Assembly (NCBI RefSeq): GCF_009914755.1
Contig: NC_060936.1
From: the human T2T-CHM13v2.0 reference genome, Homo sapiens
Direction: 5' to 3' (one strand)
DNA: 64,000 bases
Part shown: positions 15,701 to 34,157 of the stretch, one piece after another
How positions within the stretch are numbered: the first letter of the stretch is position 1
Layout of the letters: each line of letters opens with the position of its first letter
Notes under the pieces: model-generated
What the model was told of the DNA's origin: nothing
What the model saw: the letters and a program-made list of their open reading frames with translations, nothing else
Databases searched by the model: none
Program-made: the position numbers and the translations under genes

Positions 15701-16072
15701 TGTGGTTTGGCTCTGTGTCTCCACCTAAATCTCATCTTGTAGATCCCATAATTCCCACATGTTGTGGGAGTGACCCAGTTGGAGATAATTGAATCATGGG
15801 CAAGTCTGTTTTTCCCATGCTGTTCTCCTGACAGTGGTTGGGTCTCATGAGATCTGATGGTTTTAAAAAGAGGAGTTTCCCTGAACAAGCTCTCTTTTTG
15901 CCTGCCACCATCCATGTAAGATGTGACTTGCTCCTCCTTGCCTTCTGCCATGATTGTGAGGCCTCCCCAGCCACATTCAGTGAGTCCAGTGAGTCCAGTT
16001 AAATCCTTTTGTTTTGTAAATTGCCCAGTCTTGGGTATGTTTTTTTCAGCAGCGTGAAAATGGACTAATATA
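15698..16072 (+). mobile_element. THE1 (THE1A-like) MaLR solo LTR
   Basis: tggtttggctctgtgtctccacctaaatctcatcttgtag...agcagcgtgaaaatggactaata. Confidence 0.9.
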
Positions 16073-16923
16073 TACATACACACACACACATATGTACACA
16101 CACACACACATATATGCATGTATGTATTGGGTTCTCTTTCTCTGGAGAACTCTCACTAACACACAGATACACACCTTGAAATGCTCCAGCTGCAAAGGTC
16201 TCCTTTGTGCTGCCTCAGGCTTTTACCCTTAGTGTTCCCTTCTCCTGGAAAGCTGTCCTTCTAGGTATTAGCATGGCTCACTTCTCCTCATTATTTGGCT
16301 TACTGCCCAAATGTCAGCGCATCAGACAGGATGTTCCTAATCATCTAATAAAAAAATAGCAGTTAGTCATTTTCTACCCCAAACCTTGCTTTTACCCTTG
16401 AGGGCTTAATGTTATCTAACATTCTAATACATAGCTGCATGCTTGCTATCTGTCTACAGACATAGAAATGTAATTCTGAGTCAATGATATGACCTTTTAA
16501 ATATTTGACAACTCCAAATATTTCTCCTTATAAAAGTATTTTTCCTAATTTCTGCCTCCATCAACAGCGTATGAGAGTGGCTGTTTTTCCCACGTTTGTG
16601 CCAAAATGAAGTTTAGAGTGTTTTAATCTTTGTGACTCTGATGTGTTGAAAATGTAATTTCAGTTTCAATTATGAGTAAGATGTTTAAAATTCTATCCAA
16701 CCATCTTTCAATAAATTGTTTATTCGTGTTCTTTCCCAATTTTTCTTATTGAATTTATAGTATTCACAATCTATGTTGTGACTATAATGCCACTCATGGA
16801 CTACTACCTTGGCGTTAAAAAGTGGCTAAACCTTGCCTCTTAATTCCTCCTTACCTTTTTAATGCTCATGATTTTTTATACTTTTTATACTTTGTTGAGA
16901 TTCTGTTGTAGTTCTCAATGTGA

Positions 16924-17256
<333 letters not shown>

Positions 17257-18440
17257 AAATTTTATATGCTTGTAATTTGGTGTTCACTTTCAAACCTTTG
17301 ATACTAATAGCAGTACCTAAATTCTGAACTTATTATTGCTTTATCTCTACTTTGGATAGATTTATTTAACACGTTTTTTTAAGAAATGCCATAAATTGTA
17401 ATCCTCATATTCTTATATGGCTGGGTAGTTTTTCTATTGCTTTTACCTTTTAATTGCAATGTGGCTAAGTTGAAACTCTTTGTTTAGGTATTATTTTGTT
17501 GTTCTTGTTAGGATAAATGCTGTTGTGAAGATGTCCAAGTTTATCCTAACTTTTCATGGACTTCTTGGTAAATTTCCTTAAGTTAAAACAGCTTTATTAG
17601 ACCTCAGTTCAGTGTTGATTTTTTCCAAGTAGATACTTATTTATTCAAGTTTATATTCAATTTATTGTTAATGTATTTAACAAATCTCTTCCAGGTGATT
17701 TCTTTTTATCAGTCATTGTTCTAGGCACTTAAAATATATAAGGGCAATATCTCTAATAGAAATTGCCATCTAGTTGATTGAGATAACTAGTTGGTATTTT
17801 CAGTCAATACACAACAGTCATCTTTTCTTTGCAAACCAAAGAACCAGTTGTTTTAAAGTTTACTTCTATTATATATGTTTGTATTTTCTCTACTGTTTAG
17901 TTTTCTTATTCAGAAACCATAATTAGATGCATTTTTAATTTGTTTTTTAGTCTAGACCTATAATTTCTTGCCAATTGTGTTTATATCTAAGTTCCATTTC
18001 TATTTTACTTTTCTTGATTTTTTTCAAGCCCGGTCTTCACATTTATGTCTATGTTTCTTAAGGATTTATTTTAATTTATAATGATAATGTGAAAATTTTT
18101 AACTTTGTTTTCTTTTCTTTTCCTTTTTTTCTGAGATTTACCAACTTCTTTATCACATCATTCAGTTAATATTATTGTTTTTTATTCAATCTCATGTATC
18201 TTTTCAATGAGGCTGATCAACGGCACTATGATCTTCAATTCCTGAGAGCTTTAAAACAAATGATTGGCTCAATGTTTCTGTTGCTTTTCTGTATAATTGT
18301 TTCTCTGGGTCTTTTGGATATTCCCTCTTTTTGTTTTTCAATTCCGCTATCTATGATCATTGCTTCCTGACTATTTTTACTTTTGCTAATGAAGAAGTTC
18401 TATCTAGTCCAAATAATTGTTTTAAAAAATGTATGGTGGA

Positions 18441-18799
<359 letters not shown>

Positions 18800-19608
18800 T
18801 TATAGAATTATATATGTACTTTCTTATGAAATTTGGTATATTTCTCATCTAAGTTATGTTGAGGAATAGAAATATAGAAAATGTTATTTTCTATATGGAA
18901 ATTTAAATTTTATCTTCCTATAAATGACTTGCTTAGCAGCCACCATATTAACCGTCAGGAAATTTTCACCTCTAACATTCTACTCTTTTTGTCTTTTTAT
19001 TGAAAAGGGGGTAAGTTCATATGCCTTCTCCTTCAGCCCAGTTACTCTGATGTGCTGTGGTATGAAATCAGGTGTAGAGATGTTCTTGTTGCTCAGGCAT
19101 ACCCTAGATCTTACTTTTCTAAGAAAGGCATTATTGGTTAGGCTCTTCCTAGCCTTACAACTATTTTGAGAGTACTTTGAACCCTGCATTAATTAAATCT
19201 GTAAAATGTTTTGCTTTTCCCTATTTTTACCTCCCAATTTGATACATTTTCTACTTTTTCTTTTTCAGCTAGTCTATGAGCTTGGGATATAGGGTTCTGA
19301 CTGAAGTAAGGTTTAATCATAATAATGAAATCTCTTTCTTTATACTAACTTTCTGTGGATTTCAGTTCTGTTCTGGAAAAATGTAAAGATAATTTCCTAT
19401 AGTCCTTTCTTCCTTTATCACAGGAGGTAATATTTTAAAACAAATTTGATTAATACATATTTTGGGTATAGTTACTACTCAAAGACGTTCAAAAAGAATG
19501 GTTCTCCAAGTGCTTAAATTCTAGTATTGGAGATGACATGTTTGCAAGTAGAAATAACAGCATTATAAGTTCATATAAAATGGGTTCCTTAAGAATGGAA
19601 CAGATCAC

Positions 19609-19916
<308 letters not shown>

Positions 19917-20469
19917 TCACGATTACCAGATAAGTGGGAAGAGTTGATATTTTGACCAGCTGGACTGATTACAGAGCCTTTATGGAGGAGAGAATATTTG
20001 ACCAGGATTGGGGGAAATGAGCAGAGTTATAATAGACAGAAGAAAATTATTCGAGTTAAAGAGAATTGTATTACTCCTTTTCTATACTGGGATGTGAAGA
20101 ATCTTACCGGACACATTTTGAGTGTGACCCCTGAAAGATAACTGTCAGGTATGCATGATGCTTTTTAAGAGTGCACTTAACTTTCTTGCTTTGCTATGCT
20201 CAAAATAATAGCTGTGTTTCATGAGCTAGAATCCTAATTTAAAAGAAAACACTAATACAAATGATGCATACATAATAAAATTGTGATGTCTGAAATTTTG
20301 AGGAGCAAAATAAGCATGTGCAATGATTTATTTTTCCCCCAACAAAGTTTCACATGCAAAGCACATATCAAGATTTTTAGTTTGAGATACGTTGATATAT
20401 GGCCACTTTATTTTTATCTTGGGTATTGTCAGCAATATCATTGCAAATGAAAAATACATGCTTTATTAC

Positions 20470-20909
20470 TGTGGTAGACTGAATAATGTCCCTTCAACCA
20501 TGTTCTTATTCTAATTCTTGGAACCCCAAAATGTGTTACCTTACATGGCAAAAGAGACTTTGTGATGGTGAGAGTAGCCTGGACTATCCAGGTGGAACCA
20601 ATCTAATCATGAGTCCTTAGAAATGGAAGACCGTTCTTACTTTAAGTCATCAGGAGATGTGACTACAGTAGAGAACCAGAGGGACGAAAATGTGAAAAGG
20701 ACAGAACCTGCAATAACTGGCTTTGAAGATGGAGGAAGGGGGCCACGAGCCAATGAATGCAGATAAGGTGGAAAAGACCAGGAAATGGGTTCTCCCCACA
20801 GAGTTCAGAAAGAAATGCAGTCCTACTAACACCTCAATTTTAGTCAGTTAGACCCATGTGAACTATAGAATTTGCGATAATGTTATGGTAGCAATAGAAA
20901 ACTAATACA
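20470..20909 (+). mobile_element. MLT1 (MLT1D-like) MaLR solo LTR
   Basis: tgtggtagactgaataatg...tgttaccttacatggcaaaagagacttt...gcaatagaaaactaataca. Confidence 0.85.
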
Positions 20910-23594
20910 GCACCTTCTGTAACCTATCGCTTGACACTTCCATATTGGTCCTTCTTAGGATCCAATGGCCCTGAAAAGGCAAAGAAACATTCTCCATTGC
21001 CATGCTATAAGTCAATCTTCAAAGCTAAGTTACTTTTTTCAAGACAATAAAAAATGGCTTTACCAATCAGTATGCTTTCAGGTACAAGTAAGAGAAAATC
21101 CTGCTTCAAGCTGTCTTTAAGTAACAAAATTTATTACTTACATATTAATATGACAAATATTAATTGAGTACCTACCGTGCACCCAACCACTAATCCAGGC
21201 TTTGTAGATACAGCTGTGAACAACACAATGTCTTTGCTTCATAGAGTTTACATCCTAGTGGGGAGGGAGTCAATGTATAAATGAGATAAATGAGTGTAAT
21301 ACTATATTATGTAACAGGAAATCCACTGTAGAGTAATTGCTTGAGTTGGTTAATTGAGCTGTCAGCAATGTCTTCACTTCCCTTAATCTGCTCTGTGATC
21401 CTTTGTGCTGGCTTTGAATTCAGGCAATAGAAAGATGGATACGGAAGTTTCTGGTGCCTATTCTTCCAGAGGAAAAAGACAAAATATTTCTCTTTGTTGT
21501 TGTCATTTGAGAGAAAACTTTTTTCAGATCCCTCAGTTGACTTTTCATTACTTGAGAGATCTACAAGACTTAGTCACACTTCCATTCTAAACTAATTATT
21601 GGTAAGGAAAAAGAAGAAATTGTCATGATTAGCTCAGGAAAATAATTTGGGATGGAATATATGTCTGAGTTCACTACAATGGCTTGACAGTAACGTGAAT
21701 AGTAAACATTTTAAATATAAAGTTTGTTTTAATTAAATGGCTTATTAAAAATATTTTCTGTATTTTCAAAGTCCCTAGAGAAGAAACAAAAAGGGTTCAG
21801 AGGGTTTCATTACTCTTTTATTCATGATAGGCAAAAATTAAATAGTTCTCTTTGAGAAGCTTATTTGTGTCTTATTTTATTACAGCCTTCCTGGAAAATT
21901 TTGTCTTCCAATTCCAATTAATTTGAAGCAATCTAGGCATAAATTTATTGTGAGCAGAAGTCATAGATTCAACTAATTATATCATATATTTCAAATATTA
22001 GAATTATGTGAAAAATACATTCATGTAAGGGAAGTCATTTAATTTCTAATGTGTAGACCAAAAGGCAAACTAATTAGATTCAGTCTGATAAACCTGAAAT
22101 ATAGCTGTTTTGTAGTATAAATGAGTAAGTTTTCTGTATTTCTTGCTGAGAGTATATCATTTTTTATAGTTGTTTATTAGAGTTCATACCAATTGAAATA
22201 GTTGAAACTTCACTTATTTTCCTTAAGTCCACTCTTCATAAATATTAGAGTTAGTTTCCATCAAATATATTCATTACTAAAAATAGTGAATATTTTTAGG
22301 TAATACTACATTGATTGCTTCTAAGTAATGCTACACTGCTGTTGATTTGGAAGAGAATCAAAGAAAATGTTAGTAGTGTTGTCTAAAAACAAAGTAATTA
22401 AATTCTCACTCTTTAAAAGTGGGTATCTAGCATAGATATTTAACATTGCTGGGATGTCGCATTTTTGGTTCTGGATTTTAAGTTCATAAAATATGCTGGT
22501 AGGCTGAGCTCTAAGTAACATACACATTTAAGATTTGAGAAAAGAAGTAAGGTTGCAGTCTATTTCTGTTTCACTTACTAATTATATGCCTTTCAAATGC
22601 TATGAGTGAGGGATAGAAATAGACAGCATTTGAGTTCTAAAGGATTACATGAACTATGTATTTCTTTTTAAAATCAGTGGACAAATTGAAAACCAAGATG
22701 AGAATTCCGTAAGATACAGTCTTCAATGCCAGTAACATTCAACTATCTTTGTTTTATCTTTGCCCCAAGAAAACAAGTATTTCCTGGCTATTGAGTGATG
22801 TATTCATTGGTGTTGGACTCAAATCTAAGAAATCTAAAAATGGAAAGTTCGAGCTACTGAGCAACATGTTGGTGATGGCCCGCATTTTCAGAGTTTGTTG
22901 GAGTAAAGGATACATGACTACCTCCCATAGAATAAAAGTGGGTCACTTGAGCAAGCACTGCAATCTCGGGCTACCTTGGGTCATGTCCATGAGAGGTCTG
23001 AGGAGACCCTGGCAGAAGGCAGAGGGGAGCAAGCTGCTGGGTGCCTCGGGGGTGAGCAGATATATACATGACCAATGAGAACAGACAATGCGATGCATTT
23101 CCAAGATCTGCAAAAGACAGATTTCCAGAATTCCACAGTCTCTAGAAAACTCCCGAATCCAATCCAAAATCAAGAAAAGGTGTTCGTTTTAAACCTCTGC
23201 CAGACTAAGAGCACTAACAGCTCACAACAATCTTGGTCAAATAGGAATATACCTGCCACTCACCTCTCCTGTGTCTCAGAGGAATTTGAGGGGCGAAATG
23301 GGGGCAAAATACACCATAGGCAGGAAAATAATGATAAAGGCTACTAGGCCTTTCTTTTCCATTGCAGTTAGTACCCCTGATATAGCTATGTGCAAAAAGT
23401 GGCCAGAAATCAAAGCATGAGTGATCAAATGTAAAAGTTATTTCCAGGAGAAGATAAAAGCCTCAAAGCTGAAATCTGGACATTAGTGGTAGGTAGCAAA
23501 ATAGAAATGGAAGAAGACAACTTGTCAAAAATGCCTACTTTGTGCCAGTTTATATACATTATCTGATCTTTATGGTAATTGTAGGAAAAGGATG

Positions 23595-23720
23595 TTATAG
23601 TACCCACTTTATTATTGATAACATCAGGCCTCAGAGAGGTTAAGTTCCACTTCTGAGGTCAAACATCTAGTGACAGAGACAGGATTGAATCCAAATCTCT
23701 CCAACACTTTTTCTTTGCAC
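23595..23720 (-). mobile_element. MIR fragment
   Basis: ggcctcagagaggttaagt...ggtcaaacatctagtgacagagacaggattgaatccaaatct (MIR core). Confidence 0.65.
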
Positions 23721-24009
23721 CCCATAGAGGACCTGAGGCCACTTACTTAGCAAGTCTTGACGACCTTTTTTATTTTCTACATCTTCACCCAAGGCCCTCC
23801 TGCTATCTACCCATTCTATAGAATCAGACTTCTACTTTTCCCTATTTTTAGATGTATTTGGAGAATGTAGTCTATCATCCTGGCTTTTTCCTTTTAGAAC
23901 AAAAGAAAACAAAGCAATGCAGAAAAGGACATGAACACAGTGTAGGAAAAAAGAATGCCATGGAAAGTTAGCCCTCCCAGTATCTCTTTGACTTTTTATT
24001 CAGGTATCT

Positions 24010-24480
24010 TCTCCTTGATTCACTCTACTCCAGACACACTGACCCTTACTTGTGAGCCAGTCAAGCATGGTTCCACTGCAGAGTCTTTGCACTGAAAGCC
24101 TTCTCTTTCCCCAAATGATCTGCATAGCTAATTCTCTCATCTCTTGCCTTGAGGGAGGTGCTATCATCCTCATACCAACTGCTCTTTTAGCCCTTTACTG
24201 ATCATCCTACTTAAAATTATAACTTGCTCCACACTCAGTTACTCTGATCCCTCTTGCTTTGCCCAATTTTTTTGTTTTATTTTTCCCATAACACTGATCA
24301 CCTTCCCACACTTACTTATTCTTTACGTTTTTTTTACTTCCTGTTTCTTCCTATCACATGAATATAAGATCTTTCGGACTGTGGATCTGTCATTGTTTTA
24401 CCTCAAGCATCTAAAAGAGTGCCTAGCACATGGTAGGTACGTGCCACAGATTTATTAAACAAATGAATGACTGAATACTG
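24010..24480 (+). mobile_element. L2 3' end
   Basis: cactctactccagacacactgacc...gtgcctagcacatggtaggtac...aatgaatgactgaat. Confidence 0.7.
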
Positions 24481-26902
24481 ATTTTTACTCCCTACCATAG
24501 CTATCACATACTACTTTGACTTCCTGGCATCTTGCTTTTTGCATTGCTTGCTGGTCTTCCACTAATCATCTTGGAAGGGGGCATTCTTAAGTTTTATCCC
24601 ATCATACAGTTCTGGGTTTCAGCTGCAGAGTCCTTGAGTTTGCCCACCCCAGCACTGACTGAGCTCCAGCCCTCATTGTAATAATGTTTGTCAAAGTCAA
24701 GTGACAAAAAAAATCTTAATTTTTTATACCACTTCTATTGTCAACAAACTTTAGGGATTTATTAATTATGGCCACTGCTTTTGATAAGACATATAAAATT
24801 CAATGAAAAAATACTGTTTTACCACAATGAATTTTGATATGTGAGTAAATTCTAGTATTTATTAGGTAAGCTGTTTTCCAAATTCTACATATTGATATTT
24901 GATTTCACTTTATAATATAGGCATAAACTAATGTTTGCATGTAATATATGGTAGCTGATTTTGCATAAAACTCAGAAATAAATGTGTGTCTGAGATTGAA
25001 ATAAAAATAAATTTAACACTGTCTATGGATGTGAAATTCATAATCCGTGATCCTACAATGAAAGATTTGTAGAGAAAATTATCTATTCAAGTCCGTTCCC
25101 ATGTGTATCCATTTAGTGAAACTTTACTTGCAAGAATCTGTAAAAATGCTAATAAACCACATTTCTCCCAGCTTAGGCCTAGCTCTTTATTTGTTTCTGG
25201 CTTTGAGATAACTTTGAATAGGCAATATGGTGTCACCATGGGTAATGAATGATGCATGTATAAAATAGTGACCTTAAAACAGCACATTTCTCTTAAAGGA
25301 ATCAATTTACACACCATTGCTACTTAAATTTTATGAGCAGTTATGTATCAGGTCTTTCCTATATAAATGATAGAAAATCTATTTTAATCAACATTAATTT
25401 CCATGAAATTGTAACTTTGCTAGTGTCCATTAACAAGAATCAACTATATGTGGGAAATAGTTTTAAGAAAACAAAGATTAGGGAAAAATGCAGGAAAGAT
25501 ATAATAAAAAATGCACTTTGCTTCAAAGTTAAATGTTTTGGAAAAAATACAGAAAATCTCAGCAATGTGCCTGGGGCATAGTAATACTAGCAATCTCTAG
25601 CAGATTCTCCCAATGTAAGCACATTTAGAACAAATGGTTGTAAATTAGAAGAAACTCTAGTAAGTCTCCAATGAAGACATAGTATTATAGCACAGGTAAT
25701 TAGCCATGATGCATATTTTTTAGTTCCCTCCCTTTAAATACTTTCTTTCTTCCAATTTTAATCTTACAGAATCACAATTTGATGAACTATTAATTTTTTG
25801 CTTACCCGTGTAATCCAGAAATTCCTAGTGAACAATGCTACAGGGGTAGATAAAATGTATACATTTAAATTTATACCCTGGATTTGCTATTGTTTGCAGA
25901 TATCCTCCACTTTCTTACCAAAACAAAATAATGCCAGAAAGACTCTAGCCCTGAATGAACCTAACCATCTACTTTTTTTTATCTTTTGGATTCATATGGA
26001 ATATTATGAAAGGGATCCAATCACAAAACCAGGTTAACTAGTATCACTATAAACATTGTCTCGCAAAAGTCAAATGAGTACTTACCACCACGTGAAAATT
26101 CCACTGTGTTTCTGTATTTTACTCTCTCATTATCCCTGGCCACTATTTTACTTATTCTTAACTCTCCTCTCATCTCCTTACCCACCACCATCGCTGCACC
26201 TTTCAGGTGATGCCTTACCTTATGCATCCTGTCAAAAGAAGAAATCAGACAGAAAGGGGCTCACTTTCCCTTGCTCTGTACTGAGGCTCTTGGTCAAATC
26301 CCAATTCATCACTTACTAGATATGGGACCTGTGCAAGTTGCTTATATTTTTGTGTCCCTCTATAAAATGCTGATAACAATACCAGCCTTAAAAGTTATTA
26401 GAAAGATTAATAAATTACATTAAAATATTATTAAAATAAAATTAATATACACAAAAACATATAACAGAAAAGGGATCAGCACATAACAAAAACAATGTGT
26501 AAGTTATCATCATCATTTATTATTCTTTTCCATTAGAACAGAAAAAGTGATCTTTTGTCAGAAATTCTCCACCTGTCCCCATCTTTTCCAAAAGTTTATG
26601 CTTCCTTTATTTATTTTTCCAGATCATCAACCTTCCCCACTTCACGTACCTTTCCCATTATTATATGAACAGGCTCTTCTATATTCTTTCTCTAAAAAGT
26701 AGTTTCCCTCAATTCCAAGTCTTCAATTTTTACCCTCATTCTCAACAAACTTTTTCTGACAAGATTTTGAACAGTAGAAAAGGCCTGAAAATTGTTCCTT
26801 GGGTTTGACCACGTGGAGAACACTCACAGCCCTTTCTGAAGCAGTCAAGACAGCCGACCATCCCATTCTTGAAACCTTCTCTTTTCTTGGCATCCATAAC
26901 AC

Positions 26903-29207
<2,305 letters not shown>

Positions 29208-30429
29208 ACACCATCAGTCTGCTGATTTTCTTTCTGTGTCTCTGGCTTCTAGTTCTCAGTTTCATTTTCTTTCTCATTTCTTGCTTTCATTGTTTCTCAT
29301 TCTACACTTTCTCCTTAGGAGAGACCTTTTATTGCCATGGATACCATCTTTGTGCTCAAAGAGCCCACACACATACACACATATATATTTCCATCCAAGT
29401 TCTTCCTTCTGAATTTGAACCTGCTCCTCTATAGCATTCCTTTTCTCAGCATATGACCCTCTATTCTCTCTTCACCCAGTTGCTAAAGACAGAAAATTGA
29501 AATCATTTTCGTTATGGCTTTGTCCTGATGCCTCCCCTCTCCGCATCACCCAATATGAAGCTCAGACTATTCTGAATCCAAATTTATTTGTTAAATTGTC
29601 CTTCATTTCTACATTTTTGTTGCTACTTTTAATTAGCTCTAACCATCTTTCTCATTTGGACTACTCCACAATGAAGCTTCTGTAGCTATACAATGATCTT
29701 TTAAAATGCAAATTGGACTCTGTCTTTGTCTTTCATCTCTGTTTTAACATAGAAGAATTACTAAGAGTCTTTCATTTTAACATCAAAGGCCTCAGAAATC
29801 TGGTCAGCTGAATCCAGTATCATGTGGTATCACTCCGTCACTTGTTTTCTAAGCTGGCCACATTGGTCTTCTTTCAATTCTTAATAGTACCAAGCATTTT
29901 TGTGCCTCAAAGACTTTTCACATGTTAGTACCTTCACCTGGAATGCTTTTATTTCCACCCTTTACTTTGCTAATCTTACTTATACTTCACATCTTAGCTC
30001 AAATATCACTTCTCTACATAGGCTGTCTTTGAGTCTCAGATCTAAATTAGATTTCTCTTGTTATTTTTGCTCTTATAGCACTTATCACAAATTATAGTGT
30101 AGATCAATTTATCTCTTTGTCTCTTAAACTAGTCTGTGAACTCCATGAGAGCTGACACCAGGTGCGCTTTGTTCAATCTCAGACTTCACCCTTTGTAGCC
30201 ATTTACTATATCAATAAATGAATAATAAATATGTCAATAACTAAATAAATGAGTGTTTGCCAGTAAGTTACCTAAGCTGTCTGACTCCCATCTATGAAGT
30301 TGATACAAGAATTTCTTTCTTACCAGGTTGTTCTATTAACTGATAGAGCAAATACTTCTACCCAGCATAAATTCACCACAAAAATTTGCTTCCTCTGCCC
30401 CACCCTTCACCCTATCCACGCCAGCAGCC

Positions 30430-30630
30430 TGGTAGAGCAGAAAAAGCTTTACAGTTTGATGTAACTGAATTTAGTTTTTTACTTTCTAGTTATTTCCTGT
30501 GTAACCCTAGTCAAGTTGCTTAACATCTTTGAGCCTGTTCTCTCATCTATAAAACTGATATAATAATATCTACCCTCATAGGATTGTGGCTAGGATTAAA
30601 TAAAGTAACATGTATAAAGCACCCAGCATG
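30430..30630 (+). mobile_element. MIR
   Basis: tgtgtaaccctagtcaagttgcttaacatctttgagcctgttctctcatctataaaa. Confidence 0.75.
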
Positions 30631-30799
30631 TGCACATTCCATAGATGTGACTTCTCAGTCTCTGAATACCCAAGGTACCATATATAGCATAATTTTTCAA
30701 TATTTTTATCCAAAATCACATATGTTTTTCACAGGTTTAAGCTAAAATATTGTTTTAGAAGGCAAATAAACCTGAGAAGCGTGTCAAATTGCTATCTTC

Positions 30800-30935
30800 T
30801 AAAGGCACATGAAGCACCTGGGGAGCTTAATCAAAATGCAAATTCTAGGCCCCCACTCACTGACATCTGATTCACTAGATCTGGAGTGAGCCCAGGAATT
30901 TGCATTTTGATAAAGCCCACAAAGTGAATCAGGTG
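30800..30935. mobile_element. MER5A (hAT-Charlie MITE)
   Basis: cacctggggagcttaatcaaaatgcaaattctaggcccca...gagcccaggaatttgcatttt. Confidence 0.75.
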
Positions 30936-33900
30936 TTCCATTAACTTCACCTTGAAGACCAGTATTTTCATGTATCCAAGTTTGAGACATGGTGATATTT
31001 TCAACTCCAAACTCCAAAAGTTTGCATGAGCCACAGTTGATAAATGAGCCTATGTTTAGTCGAAGGGCACATTTATTTCCTTAAGAGTTGTGGATTTATT
31101 CATGCTGCTTTATGAAATAAACTTAATGTTGAACTTAGGAGATATAAGAGCAACTGCTTTCACAAAGGCACTGTTTATCAGACTATAAAATAAATTGTAC
31201 ATGAATCTTAACTCTCAAAGCTGTGCAAATTCTCTTATGTCTAGCAAGGAACTCTACCAGTGAGAATAACAGGCATTATAGATGTACATATGCTTCGGAA
31301 ATAATGCATTTTCTAGGAAAAAAACCTGCTGTTACTCATTAGCCTGACAGGTAGGCTTGCATTTTATAAAGGACATACTTTAGAAGAATCATTACTATAC
31401 AGTAGTAGTAATGAGATAGAAAAATATTAGGAGTAAAACAATGAAAGAGTGATGTAAACAGGGTTTTTTGTGAATTTAAAAAGAAAAATTAAGAAAGTTA
31501 CAAAGAACTCTTTATAATAATCAGTGTCAAAATACACTACCTTATTTTTTCTCATAAAATGATTGATAGTAAACATTTTAGATCTCAATGGCTTCTATGT
31601 AAAAGCCATTTAGTTGTCTTTTTTTAAAACCAAAAGTGAAAAAGAAAATTGAGTACCAAGTTACTAAGACACTCAAGGCATAAAAGTCTATAAAGACTAT
31701 ACAGAATATCACCAGGCGCCATATGCACGCAACAAGCATCCCAGAGTTGCTTCAGCTTTTTAATAACTATATGATTGATTTTTGTATACTCCATAAAATA
31801 TTTTTTAAAAACTCATTAAAATGCATAAATGCATAATACTTACATTGATAAATATAAATTTACTTGCTAAGACATGAAAGATGAAATTTATATCCTCCGT
31901 CTTGCTATGTTGGTGCATTTTCCTCCAAATTTGTGTAAATACTGTTCTGAGTTTTGCATTTGTAACTGAGATGACTCAAAAACACATTGTCCTTAGTTCT
32001 TGAAATGTCACAATAAATATTTAAACTTTGAGAAGTTATCTTAGAGTCCTGCTTCTTGCTGTTGAAACTAGGGTAAATTTTCTTTTATCTAAATTGAAGA
32101 AATTGAAAAGTAGAGCTGAAAAGAATCTCAGTCGTTGAAGTGTCTGCTCCTTTCCACAAAGTCTGGCTTCAGAAATGTATCTGTTTTTTAGGACCCCATT
32201 TAATCATTCCCGTCTACGAAATTAATCCAGTCCAAAGTATCTCTGACAATATTTTGAACCTTACAAATGCCAACGCGTTGTCCTAAATAACCTAAATCAC
32301 CCTGCCTCCCTCACATACCATATTAAATTGATCATTGAATCTCAAAATCTCAAAAACATCTCAGTAGCTCATTCTCCCCTTCTCACTGGTGTGACTTTGG
32401 CAACAACCCCTTCCATCAGTCTGAAATATTGCAAGAGTCTCTTACAGGATCCCTAGGTTTGGGGTCTCTCATATTGTCTCCTCTGTTCTCCACATTCCAA
32501 AGTTGTGTTTAACTTCTATTAAAATATAAAAATTGTCATAAAATACAGAATTATGATCCAACCCCTGCTTCTTCCATCTCCTAATGTGTTCACATACACC
32601 AACCTATTTTGTCATCTCGCAGAGCTTCCTGTCTCACAAAAAAACAAGATGTTTTGTTTGTTTTAATTTTTTATGAATGACTTTACACATTATATTTATC
32701 TTCCTGGAATGCTTTTATTTACATTTTCTTTATCAGCTGCTCCCGACTCCTTGGGAGGTTACAAGTAATATTTCAAGGCAAATTAGTCACATGCCTTCCA
32801 AGAGAAGTCAAGGGGCACTGTTCAATTAGGCTTATAAACCAGTTATATCTATACATGTGTGACATTATATTAGACTTTACCTATTTCTTGCCCAAAAGAC
32901 CTTAAATTCTCCAAAGATAGAGCAATATTTGATTCATCTTTCGATCTTCATAACCTATCTAGGCAGTAGCTCATGGTATTAATAATAATATCAATAATAA
33001 TAATAATAAACACTTCTATAATATTGTGTGAGGCACTGTTTTACTTAATTTGCAAACTTAGATATGTACAATCCTATGATGTAAATAATTTTATTAGCCA
33101 GTTTTGTAGAGGGTAAAATAAGGTACAGTGTGGTTAAATAACTTTTTCAATGTCACATACCTAGTAAGTTAAAAACACTAGAGTCTGAATCTAGTAAGTT
33201 AAAACATTAGAGCTTAGTCTGGCTTCAGAACTCATATTCTTGTCTTCTTGCTAACTAAAATATGCTAACTTGCTCAATAAAAAAATGAAACTTAAAAAAA
33301 ATTCATCTCACTCTCTGTTACTCTGGCTATGGGAAAATCTGACTCTAGGTTTCTCAAAGTGAACCTCAAAGATAGATCTTGGTTAATAAAAGTTGCAAAA
33401 TATTTGAAGTTACTAGTGAAGATCTAAAAATGGATACTTCTTTGAATATATGACAGAACATGTCAGTGTGCAGATGATGTTGGTAAAATTTTAGGTAATG
33501 GAGTTCTAAATATGAACGAATAATGCATAGTATCATGAAATAAAATAATTTAAAACAACAGAAGAATTTCATCTATGAAATGTAAACAGAGGAAAAACTG
33601 CGTGTTTGAATGTATTGTGGTGATGAAGGGAAAGGATGCTTGACAGAAGGATCACACATTCACTTAACATAAGCAACACACAGGTGTCATTCTCATTCAA
33701 GATCCTGCATCATCTCTACAACTAAGCTTTAAATACTTACTTCAGATGCCTCCAGAAAAGTCAACGCAGAAGAAACTAACACTGTTGTTCAAGTAATTTA
33801 CCTCATAATGTGCAAAACAAATAAACACTAGTAAACACGTATTAATTCTGCAGCTGGTTAGGGCATAAAGGGTCATAACCCATCCTTGTTCCCCCAGAAA

Positions 33901-33984
33901 TCACTAAAAAATAATAAACTAAAAATTATATATGGACATACACACATTTGTGTATATAGATTGGTAGGTTATAGTTGGATGGAT

Positions 33985-34023
33985 GGAGAGAGAGAGAGAA
34001 GAGAGGAAAGAAAAAGAAAGAAA

Positions 34024-34060
<37 letters not shown>

Positions 34061-34101
34061 AGAAAGAGAAAGAGAAAGAAAAAGGAAGAAAGGAAGGAAA
34101 G

Positions 34102-34144
<43 letters not shown>

Positions 34145-34157
34145 AAAGAAAGAAAGA
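33985..34157. repeat. (GAAA)n / GA-rich microsatellite
   Basis: Seen directly. It explains the K/E/R-rich and F/L/S-rich ORFs here. Confidence 0.97.

Larger units (their letters stand above)
15070..16162 (+). mobile_element. MLT2 (MLT2C/D-like) solo LTR with internal microsatellite, split by a THE1 LTR
   Basis: Starts gtgatggttaatttcatgtcagcttga and ends ctggagaactctcactaacaca. Internal (CT)n/(TA)n/(TG)n tract. Confidence 0.85.

Noticed and set aside
15488-16119. ORFs up to 198 aa over the THE1 LTR and microsatellite
   Set aside because: LTR and dinucleotide-repeat translations.
22749-23347. GC-richer unique patch with overlapping 76-109 aa ORFs
   Set aside because: No recognisable domain or convincing exon structure. 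An lncRNA exon cannot be excluded without RNA data.
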